Shown: positions 7,260 to 14,343 of the stretch, piece after piece
How positions within the stretch are numbered: the first letter of the stretch is position 1
Layout: each line of letters opens with the position of its first letter
From: a virus
Taxonomy: Duplodnaviria; Caudoviricetes
Strand: one strand, 5' to 3'
Virus record (IMG/VR): IMGVR_UViG_3300048856_000145
Span: 1-27,765 of that record
DNA: 27,765 bases
The notes under the pieces: generated by a model
What the model saw: only the letters and a program-made list of their open reading frames with translations
The model's database searches: none
What the model was told of the DNA's origin: nothing
Translations under genes and position numbers: made by a program

Positions 7260-7833
7260 CCTCGACCTCGACGCCGTCGCGACCCGCTTCGCGGCCGCGC
7301 TCGACGCCCGCCCCAGCAAGGGCGGGTGGCTGCAGGACGACAGCGGCCGGCCCACCGAGGCGCGCGTCGACGCCCTGTGGGACTCGGCGTCCGACGTGCC
7401 CGACCTCGTGGTCGCGCTGCGCACCGCCCGCGAGGCGCTCGGTGCGATCCTCGTGCGGCACCTGACCGACGGCGTGCCCGCCGACGTCGCCGCCGAGCGC
7501 GCCCGCCAGGACGCGAAGTGGGGCCAGCAGGATCACCGCGACGGCACCGGCCCCGCGGTGCGCCCGCTGGCCGCACTGCTGGCCAACGTCCACGCCCAGG
7601 CCTCGGCGCCCTGGCTCGCGGCCCGCGCGAAGGCCGAGTGCGAGGCGGCCTTCGCCGCCGGCCACGGCACCTGGCGCCACATCCTCATCGAGGAGGTCTT
7701 CGAGGCGTTCGCCGAGGAGGACCCGCAGCGCCTGCGCACCGAGCTCATCCAGGTGGCCGCCGTCGCCCAGCAGTGGGTCGAGTCCATCGACCGCCGGACC
7801 GCGGCCGCCGAGCCGCTCGGGAGCGACCAGTGA
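7252..7833 (+). CDS. MazG-like NTP pyrophosphohydrolase-domain protein
   Basis: GTG start with GAGGAG RBS; AERARQDAKWG...ILIEEVFEA...LRTELIQVAAVA (EExxE...E helical motif). Confidence 0.7.
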   Translation: MTDLDLDAVATRFAAALDARPSKGGWLQDDSGRPTEARVDALWDSASDVPDLVVALRTAREALGAILVRHLTDGVPADVAAERARQDAKWGQQDHRDGTGPAVRPLAALLANVHAQASAPWLAARAKAECEAAFAAGHGTWRHILIEEVFEAFAEEDPQRLRTELIQVAAVAQQWVESIDRRTAAAEPLGSDQ

Positions 7834-7952
7834 GCCCCGCGGCAATCGTGACCACGGCCGCCGCGGCCGTCGTCGTCGCCGGCTCCCTGGCCGTCGTCGG
7901 GCTGGCGTGGGCCGAGGCCACCGCCGCGCGAGAGGAGGCCACCCGTGGCTGA
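7830..7952 (+). CDS. Small single-TM peptide
   Basis: GTGA overlap; 40 aa, hydrophobic. Confidence 0.55.
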   Translation: MSPAAIVTTAAAAVVVAGSLAVVGLAWAEATAAREEATRG

Positions 7953-8217
7953 CACGGCCCGCACCGGGCAGCAGCTGGCCGACTGGATGGCCGTCGACCT
8001 CGACGCCGTCGTGCCGTGCGGGACGTCGGACTGCGACCGCGAGGCGGTCGCGATCATGCAGTGCACCGCGTGCAAGGCCACGGCGGCCCGCGGCGCGTGC
8101 GACGTGCACAAGGCCGAGGTCGAGGCCGACATCCGTGCGCACGCGGCCCGCGGCATCTACCTCTCCTGCCGTACCTGCCACGCGCACCCTGCCGACTTCA
8201 CCTGGCGAGCCCTGTGA
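7945..8217 (+). CDS. Small Cys-rich Zn-finger protein
   Basis: GAGGAGG RBS; CxxxxC, CxxC, CxxH, CxxC. Confidence 0.78.
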   Translation: MADTARTGQQLADWMAVDLDAVVPCGTSDCDREAVAIMQCTACKATAARGACDVHKAEVEADIRAHAARGIYLSCRTCHAHPADFTWRAL

Positions 8218-8588
8218 CCGCCGCACACCGCCCGCCCGTGGTCGGCCGCCAGCGCACCCCGATGACGCCCGAGGAGTACCGCTCCCAGGTCGCCGGCGAC
8301 ATGTCCGAGGCCACCCTCCTCGAGAAGGTCCGCCGCCTCGCCCGCGAGCTCGGCTACCTCACCTACCACACCCACGACAGCCGCCGCTCCGAGCCCGGCT
8401 TCCCCGACCTCGTCCTCGTCGGCCACCGCGTCATCTACGCCGAGCTCAAGCGCATGACCGGCCCCACCCGCCCCGACCAGAAGAAGTGGCTCGCGGCGCT
8501 CGCGGCCGGCGGCGCCGAGGTGCACCTCTGGCGCCCCATCGACCTCCTCGACGGCACGATCACCGCCGTCCTCACCCAGAAGGACTGA
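8214..8588 (+). CDS. VRR-NUC domain nuclease (Holliday junction resolvase-like)
   Basis: SEA...YHTHDSRRSEPGFPDLVLV...YAELK...Q..W (PD-ExK); start may instead be ATG 8262. Confidence 0.9.
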   Translation: MTAAHRPPVVGRQRTPMTPEEYRSQVAGDMSEATLLEKVRRLARELGYLTYHTHDSRRSEPGFPDLVLVGHRVIYAELKRMTGPTRPDQKKWLAALAAGGAEVHLWRPIDLLDGTITAVLTQKD

Positions 8589-8592
8589 CCCC

Positions 8593-9681
8593 ATGCCGAA
8601 GACCACGCTCTACGCCATCACCGGGCTGCCCGTGCCACCGCGCCAGCTCGGCGTGCTGCAGCGCCTCGACCAGGCTGCCGAGCTCTGCGCCGCCGACACG
8701 GGCGACTGCCAGCACGACCACGAGGCCGAGTTCCGCGCCGCCGTCGACGAGATCCTCAAGGGCTACGGCTTCGAGGTGGCCGGCGAGTTCACCGAGCACT
8801 CCTGGGGCGGCCTGCACAAGGACACTCTGCTGCTCGACGTTCTGGCCGCCCGTCGCCTGCCGGACGCCGGCCCCGTCGTGACGCTCCCGCACGGCGTCGC
8901 GCTCGACGCCTGGGAGGTGGCCACCGCCAAGGCTCCCGCCACCGACCAGTCGCTCCCTCGGCGCATCACCGTCAACGACCTGCCCACGCCGGCGATCGCC
9001 CTGGTGCAGGGGTGGGAGGACGACCGCACAGCCCGCGTCGCCACCCCGGCCGTCCTGCTGACCAACTACCCCCACTCCGACACCGTCGATGTCGCGATGC
9101 AGGGCGTCGGCGTCCTCGAACACTCGCTCGAGCAGTTCCGCGCCGACATCGACGACGCCGTCCTGCGCCAGGCCCACGCCGGCGAGATCTACGCCGCCCT
9201 CCTCGACGCCCTCGCCGACCACCTCGACAACACGCCGCAGTGGATCCCGAACCCCTTCCGCGCACCGGCGCTCGCGGCGAAGCGCGCCGAGCAGATCCGC
9301 CTCACCCGCGCCGCGGCGGCGCTCATCCGCTCCGCCCAGGTCGTCAGCGAGCGTGGCAAGGCGTGGACGCTGCGCTACCCCGAGCGGACCCTCGTCGTCG
9401 CCAACGCGTGGGCGGTGTTCCGGGCCTGGCGCGATGCCCACCCCGAGGTCTCTCCGGTCATCGGGACCACGCTCGCCGAGCTCGCCCACACCGTGCGCGG
9501 AGACCGCTTCGACCGCGTCGTCTGGACCGCGCCCGCTCACGAGCAGGCGACCGAGGAGGGCCGCTTCGACGAGTACCAGCGGGACATCCTCCCGGCCCTC
9601 ATCTCCAGCGCGCTGCCGAAGGACGAGCGGGTCGTCATCGAGACGCGCGAGACCGAGTCCGCCTACGCCAAGCCGGCCTGA
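8593..9681 (+). CDS. Hypothetical protein, 362 aa
   Basis: GAAGGA RBS; GC3-rich frame; no recognisable motif. Confidence 0.82.
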   Translation: MPKTTLYAITGLPVPPRQLGVLQRLDQAAELCAADTGDCQHDHEAEFRAAVDEILKGYGFEVAGEFTEHSWGGLHKDTLLLDVLAARRLPDAGPVVTLPHGVALDAWEVATAKAPATDQSLPRRITVNDLPTPAIALVQGWEDDRTARVATPAVLLTNYPHSDTVDVAMQGVGVLEHSLEQFRADIDDAVLRQAHAGEIYAALLDALADHLDNTPQWIPNPFRAPALAAKRAEQIRLTRAAAALIRSAQVVSERGKAWTLRYPERTLVVANAWAVFRAWRDAHPEVSPVIGTTLAELAHTVRGDRFDRVVWTAPAHEQATEEGRFDEYQRDILPALISSALPKDERVVIETRETESAYAKPA

Positions 9682-9715
9682 CCGGCCCCGGGCCGCACCG
9701 ACTAGAAGGAGCACC

Positions 9716-9985
9716 GTGTCCACCACCGCCACCACCACGGCCACCGCCGTCGACCCCGCCGACGAGATCGTCGGCCGCCTGAACTTCCGCGGCGACATCC
9801 GGCACACCGACGCGTCGATCGTCGGGCCCACCGACGACGGCCGCTGGTTCGCCCCCGTCTACGCCGACTACAGCCCCGCGCGCGATGTCACGTCGATCGC
9901 CTACCGCACCGCCACCGCGCAGGACTTCTCCGACGAGGAGTTCGCCCGCGCCCTGGCCGACATCGCACGGAGGCGGGCGGCGTGA
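9716..9985 (+). CDS. Hypothetical protein (MSTTATTTATAVDPAD...)
   Basis: AAGGAG RBS with GTG start; 89 aa. Confidence 0.78.
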   Translation: MSTTATTTATAVDPADEIVGRLNFRGDIRHTDASIVGPTDDGRWFAPVYADYSPARDVTSIAYRTATAQDFSDEEFARALADIARRRAA

Positions 9986-10176
9986 AGATCCAGCACGAGA
10001 TCACTCAGAGCGGCTCCGGCGCCCTCACCGTCGCCGAGTTGCAGGACCTCGCCTCGGCGCTCGCGCCGCAGGCGCCGGCCGACGCCGCGGTGTGGCTCAA
10101 CACCCGCGACAGCCAGCGCGAGGGCACCTACTGGAACCTCCGCGTGGTCTGGGAGTCCGACAGCCGTGTCGGCTGA
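9982..10176 (+). CDS. Small hypothetical protein
   Basis: GTGA overlap; GGAGG upstream; 64 aa. Confidence 0.7.
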   Translation: MKIQHEITQSGSGALTVAELQDLASALAPQAPADAAVWLNTRDSQREGTYWNLRVVWESDSRVG

Positions 10177-10504
10177 GCTGCGCGGGGCGGTGGAGGGAGC
10201 GGTGCGCGGCTTCGCGTTGACCGCGCCGTTCCCGACCGGCCCCGCGACGCCTCACGACCTGGTGAGGCCCCAGGAGACCGCCGTGTACCGGTTCTACGAC
10301 GCCGTCGGGGACCTGCTGTACGTCGGGATCTCGTGGAACCCCTTCAAGCGGTGGAGCGTCCACCGGCGCCGGGCGGTGTGGTTCGCCCAGGCCCGCCGGG
10401 TGCTGGTGGACGTCTACCCGAGTGAGCGCGAGGCGTTGCGGATCGAACGCGAGTGGATCCGCAACGCCGAGCCGACCTGGAACGTCAGGAGCGCAGTGAG
10501 TTGA
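10166..10504 (+). CDS. GIY-YIG endonuclease
   Basis: AVYRFY...LLYVGIS...KRW..H...EALRIE..WI....PTWN. Confidence 0.88.
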   Translation: MSAELRGAVEGAVRGFALTAPFPTGPATPHDLVRPQETAVYRFYDAVGDLLYVGISWNPFKRWSVHRRRAVWFAQARRVLVDVYPSEREALRIEREWIRNAEPTWNVRSAVS

Positions 10505-11175
10505 TCCGAAGGCGTCGGTGGATCCAGCCGGAGTTCTTCACCAGCGAGGATGTCCTCGCTCTTCCGAGGGACGTGCGGCTGACGTTCATCGGCCTGTGGC
10601 TGTACGCGGACGACTACGGTCGCGAGCGGACGAACCCAGCCCTCATCAAAGCCGACGTGTGGCCCGTAGAGGCCGACATCACGCCCGACGTCGTCGAGGA
10701 GCACCTGTTGCTCCTCGCCGAGCGGAGCATGATCTCGCTCTACGCCGTCGACGGGCGCGAGTACTTCCAGCTCACGGGCTGGGACCGGCACCAGCCGGTC
10801 GACAAGCCGTCCCGATCGAACGTCCCGCCACCGCCGGCGCCGAGCGCTGCCCCGCCGCAGGTCGAACCCTCCCGAGGGCCTCGCGACCCATCCCCCACCC
10901 CGCTCGCGACTGAGGGGGGAGAGAGAGACGAGGGAGAGGGAGAGAGCGAGAGGGACGGGTGCAAGGGAGAGCCCGATGGTGAGCACGAGGGGGTCGCCGC
11001 CCTCCCGCCCACCGATCCCGCTCACGACCGTTCCCAGCACCCGCCCTCGCCTTTCTGCAAGCGACACCCCGGCGGAACCAGCAAGGCCTGCAAGGACTGC
11101 GGCAACGCCCGCATGGCCTTCAAGCACTGGCAGGCCACCCAGATGATCGACGACGACTCCGAGGAGACCCCGTGA
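10501..11175 (+). CDS. Phage replication initiator / replisome organiser-like protein
   Basis: TTG start overlapping upstream TGA, AGGAG RBS; RWIQPEFFTSE...RLTFIGLWLYADDYGR...IKADVWP...WDRHQ N-terminal domain; low-complexity linker; C-terminal CxxH...CxxC. Confidence 0.78.
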   Translation: MIRRRRWIQPEFFTSEDVLALPRDVRLTFIGLWLYADDYGRERTNPALIKADVWPVEADITPDVVEEHLLLLAERSMISLYAVDGREYFQLTGWDRHQPVDKPSRSNVPPPPAPSAAPPQVEPSRGPRDPSPTPLATEGGERDEGEGESERDGCKGEPDGEHEGVAALPPTDPAHDRSQHPPSPFCKRHPGGTSKACKDCGNARMAFKHWQATQMIDDDSEETP

Positions 11176-12053
11176 GCAAGCACCGCCGGGAGAAGACCGC
11201 CCGCGAGGTCACGTGCGACCGCATCACCGAGCGCATCGCCGCCCTCATCGAGCCGTGGACCGAGCACGTCTCGCAGATCGTCCGCACCGACGACGGCCGC
11301 GGCCGCCTCGTCGCCACCACCATCGACCAGCCATCCCTCCTCGAGCAGCTCGCCAACCCCGCCGGCGGCTCCACCGCCGGCATCGGCTCCGCCACCGCCG
11401 GCTCCCGCATGCCCATCCACGTCGGGGCGCTCGCGGCGCTGCAGGACATCGAGGCCGGCGCGGCGCTGTGGTTCGCCCGGGTGGACCGGCTCGGCACCCA
11501 CGCTCGCCGCGTGGCGTACCTCGTGGGCCTCGGCGATCGCCACCAGCTGCAGCCGGCGGACCTCGCGGCCGCGGTGCACGAGCTGCACGACGCGATCACC
11601 GTCGCTGGCGACCTCGAGCGGGTGCTGCGCCGCATCGCCCAGGCCGCGCCCACCCTGCCCGACGAGACCCTCGGCAACCTCGACCGCGACGTGACGTCGT
11701 GGTGGGGGCACGCCCGCGTGGCCACCACCTGGGGCGACCCGCCTCTCAAGCCGCACGTGCCCTGCGCCGCGTGCGGCGTGATGGGCCGCATCCTCGTGCG
11801 CCAGGACCACGGGCTCGTCGCGGTGTGCACCGAGTGCGGCACCGTCTGGGACGCCCTGACGATCGACGCCCTTGGCGAGCACGTCCGCCTCGCCTTCGAC
11901 ATGGCGGCCGCCCGGGAGACCGAGCGGCTGATCGAGGCGCGCGCGTGCGCGACCTGCGGCCAGCTGCACTCCCCCGGCCACTACCCGAGCGACGAGATCC
12001 TCGCCGCCCACCGCGCCGCTGCGCCGGTCGAGCTGCACGGCGCGCTCGCCTGA
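11172..12053 (+). CDS. Hypothetical protein with C-terminal Zn ribbons (possible late regulator)
   Basis: GAGGAG RBS; CAAC...CTEC...W and CATC...H motifs; near the end of the early region. Confidence 0.7.
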   Translation: MSKHRREKTAREVTCDRITERIAALIEPWTEHVSQIVRTDDGRGRLVATTIDQPSLLEQLANPAGGSTAGIGSATAGSRMPIHVGALAALQDIEAGAALWFARVDRLGTHARRVAYLVGLGDRHQLQPADLAAAVHELHDAITVAGDLERVLRRIAQAAPTLPDETLGNLDRDVTSWWGHARVATTWGDPPLKPHVPCAACGVMGRILVRQDHGLVAVCTECGTVWDALTIDALGEHVRLAFDMAAARETERLIEARACATCGQLHSPGHYPSDEILAAHRAAAPVELHGALA

Positions 12054-12088
12054 CGCGTCATACCCACCGCCACAGGAGGGACCACCCC

Positions 12089-12628
12089 GTGACGACCACC
12101 GTGATGCACGCCGGGCGTGCCTGGACCGGCCACACGATCGAGGACGCCTGCACGTGCCCGCAGGCGCCATGCGGACTCGTGCCGCTGGACCAGGCAGCCC
12201 CCGACTGCCTCGAGCACGCCTTTACCGCCGGCAAGACGCTGCGCCAGGGGCACACCCCCGCCCGCTGCCCCGGAACCGACCGAGAGGAACCGCCCATGAC
12301 CGACTTGCCCACGCCGCCCCTGCCGCCGCTGACCGCCGAGGACTTCGTCGCGCCAGGCTTCACGTACCGCGGCGTCCCGGTGGTCGAGCCGGAGGACGGC
12401 GACTGCGTGTTCACGCACGGCCACGTCGACGCCGACCTGTTCGTCGCCGCCGTGCACGACTACGACAGCGAGTTCGCGGACCCCGGTGCCGCCGAGGCGC
12501 ACAACCCCGACGACGTCGAGCACTGGTGGGCCGTGACGATCGAGCCGGCGCCCGAGTGGCGCATCCGGTGGGGCGGCATCACCGCCGATACCCCCGGCGC
12601 GTTCCCGGTCACGGTGGTCGAGCGATGA
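12089..12628 (+). CDS. Hypothetical protein(s): Cys/His-rich N-terminal part in frame with an acidic part; possible internal start at ATG 12296
   Basis: AGGAGG with GTG 12089; second GAGGA with in-frame ATG 12296; no stop between. Confidence 0.7.
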   Translation: MTTTVMHAGRAWTGHTIEDACTCPQAPCGLVPLDQAAPDCLEHAFTAGKTLRQGHTPARCPGTDREEPPMTDLPTPPLPPLTAEDFVAPGFTYRGVPVVEPEDGDCVFTHGHVDADLFVAAVHDYDSEFADPGAAEAHNPDDVEHWWAVTIEPAPEWRIRWGGITADTPGAFPVTVVER

Positions 12629-12948
12629 CCATCACCTCCGTTGCCGAGCTCGACGCCCTGCCCGCGGGGACGGTCGTCGTCGGCACGAGCGGCACGGCGT
12701 ACCAGAGCGACCCTGCCTGGCCCGACGCCCTGCCCGAGCACGAGCTCCCGGTTCACGTCGTCTACCGCCCAGACCGCGACCTGCTGGCCGAGGCTCGCGC
12801 CGAGGGCGCGCGCGAGGCGGCCGATCGGATCGCAGAGGCGGCACGGACGATCCGCAATGCCCAGCTCGACACCTGGGGATACGTCCCCGACACGGTGGGC
12901 CACATCCTCGCTGGCTACGGCCAGGCGGAGGGCGTCGCCCGCCCGTGA
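12625..12948 (+). CDS. Hypothetical protein (MTITSVAELDALPAGTVV...)
   Basis: ATGA overlap; 107 aa. Confidence 0.75.
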   Translation: MTITSVAELDALPAGTVVVGTSGTAYQSDPAWPDALPEHELPVHVVYRPDRDLLAEARAEGAREAADRIAEAARTIRNAQLDTWGYVPDTVGHILAGYGQAEGVARP

Positions 12949-12961
12949 CCGGACCCCGACA

Positions 12962-13002
12962 CACGAGGGCCGCAGTCGCGCGTGACGACTGCGGCCCTCG
13001 TG
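12962..13002. repeat. Perfect 17-bp inverted repeat with 7-nt spacer (early terminator and/or regulator site)
   Basis: CACGAGGGCCGCAGTCG-cgcgtga-CGACTGCGGCCCTCGTG. Confidence 0.9.
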
Positions 13003-13011
13003 CTGTACATT
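12982..13011 (+). promoter_or_regulatory. Candidate late promoter
   Basis: GTGACG (12982-12987), 18 bp, TACATT (13006-13011), upstream of the late operon. Confidence 0.5.
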
Positions 13012-13043
13012 CACTCCCACGTGGGTTCGTCGTACCCAAGAGC

Positions 13044-13078
13044 AGGCCCGGAGCGCTGAGCGCCCGGGCCTTCGTCGT
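13044..13078 (+). terminator. Bulged hairpin followed by TTCGTCGT (terminator/attenuator-like)
   Basis: AGGCCCGG-A-GCGC-TGA-GCGC-CCGGGCCT then TCGTCGT. Confidence 0.55.
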
Positions 13079-13101
13079 GTCCGGACGGAGGTGAGCGCCT
13101 C

Positions 13102-13362
13102 GTGGCCGTGACCAACGATCCGACTGGCCGGGTCTCGGACTGCACCCGGTGCGGCGCCAAGGTCGAGGAGGCCCTGCTGCTCAAGGGCCTGCGGGTCCGA
13201 GAGCGCGACCCGAAGAACCCCGACCGCACGCTGCTGCGCCGCTCCCCCGGCATCGCGGTCTGGCGCACGCTCGACCGCGGCCACGCCTGCACGGTGTGCA
13301 CGGCCGGCGGTCAGCACCAGCCCGGCAGGGTGGGCCGCGCCAGCGCGCGGGCCCGCAGCTGA
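13102..13362 (+). CDS. Small putative Zn-binding protein, first late-region gene
   Basis: GGAGG RBS; CTRC...CTVC. Confidence 0.6.
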   Translation: MAVTNDPTGRVSDCTRCGAKVEEALLLKGLRVRERDPKNPDRTLLRRSPGIAVWRTLDRGHACTVCTAGGQHQPGRVGRASARARS

Positions 13363-13652
13363 TGCCCTGCCTCGACTGCGGCCGCCCCGGCGTTCGCGGC
13401 CGCTGCACGCTCTGCACCCGCGGCCGCGACCGAGCGCGCGGCTCGCGCCAGGTGCGCGGGTACGGCGCCGAGCACGAGCAGCTGCGCGCCGACTGGCAGC
13501 GGCGCATGGACGACGGCGAGGTCGTCACCTGCGCCACCTGCCCGACGGTGCTCAACGGCCAGGCATGGGACCTCGGGCACGTCCGCGGCGATCGCACGCG
13601 GTACCGCGGGCCTCAGTGCCTGCCCTGCAACCGCGGCCACCGCGCCGGCTGA
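13362..13652 (+). CDS. HNH-like endonuclease (terminase-associated)
   Basis: TGATG overlap; CLDC...CTLC, RGYG..H..LR, CATC...WDLGH...GPQCLPCN; directly upstream of terS. Confidence 0.82.
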   Translation: MPCLDCGRPGVRGRCTLCTRGRDRARGSRQVRGYGAEHEQLRADWQRRMDDGEVVTCATCPTVLNGQAWDLGHVRGDRTRYRGPQCLPCNRGHRAG

Positions 13653-13812
13653 CGGCGCCGCACCCCCGGGGGCGGGTAAAAGTGCAGGTCAGAGGCCTGC
13701 CGAGGACCCGCGCCCAGCTGTCTGCACACGCGCTCAGGTTGGATCCGTTTTTTTGCCCGATTCGGGTTTGTCTGCCCCGGTTCGCGGAGGGGCTGGAGGG
13801 CGGTGATCGGCC
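13653..13812. other. Probable cos/packaging-site region
   Basis: Non-coding gap between HNH and terS with A4 and T7 tracts and short inverted repeats; usual cos position in HK97-like phages; exact cut site not determinable. Confidence 0.5.
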
Positions 13813-14343
13813 ATGCCGGGACCCCCGAAGACACCGCTCGAGCAGCGGCGGCTCAAGGGCCGCTCGGCCGGCCGGGACTCTGGCGGCCGCAAGCTGCCCG
13901 ACCCGGAGAACGTGGTCGCGCTGCGCGGCGTCGAGGGCGGCCTGCCCGAGCCGCCGGCCTCGCTGACCGACGACGGGCCCGGGCTCGCCCGCTGGATCCG
14001 GATCTGGCGCGAGGCCTCGTGGCTCTCGCCGGCTACGGACGTCGACGTCGTCACGCGGCTGTGCGAGGCCGAGGACCTCTACGCCGGCATGGCTCAAGCG
14101 CTCGCGGCCGAGGGCTTCTACGTCACCGGCTCGCAGGGCCAGCTCCGGCCGAACCCGCTGCTGTCCCAGATGCGCGCGACGGCCGCCCAGATGCTGCAGC
14201 TCGAGCGCGAGATCGGCCTTACCCCCGCCGCGCGCGGATCGCTCGGCGTCGCCGAGGTGAAGCCGGCCAGCGAGGGATCGAACCCGCTCGAGGCGATCCT
14301 CAAGCGCGCCGCCGAGCGCGGACCACGGAGGGCGAGTGGCTAG
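13813..14343 (+). CDS. terS: Terminase small subunit (P27 family-like)
   Basis: MPGPPKTP..R.LKG, PEPP..L, W.RIW, GQLRPNPL, EIGLTPAAR. Confidence 0.92.
   Translation: MPGPPKTPLEQRRLKGRSAGRDSGGRKLPDPENVVALRGVEGGLPEPPASLTDDGPGLARWIRIWREASWLSPATDVDVVTRLCEAEDLYAGMAQALAAEGFYVTGSQGQLRPNPLLSQMRATAAQMLQLEREIGLTPAARGSLGVAEVKPASEGSNPLEAILKRAAERGPRRASG

Noticed and set aside
9716-9750. ACC/GCC-rich repeat (STTATTTATA)
   Set aside because: Low-complexity N-terminal coding sequence, not a discrete repeat element
12051-12060. Perfect palindrome TGACGCGTCA at a stop codon
   Set aside because: Single 10-bp palindrome with no exact second copy noticed; expected by chance in 28 kb
13015-13100. Possible tRNA (GGTTCG present)
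   Set aside because: No cloverleaf, acceptor stem or proper T-arm can be formed
13754-13768. TGCCCG-ATT-CGGGTT near terS resembling the immunity operator
   Set aside because: 3-bp spacer and mismatched right half; more likely part of the cos region or chance
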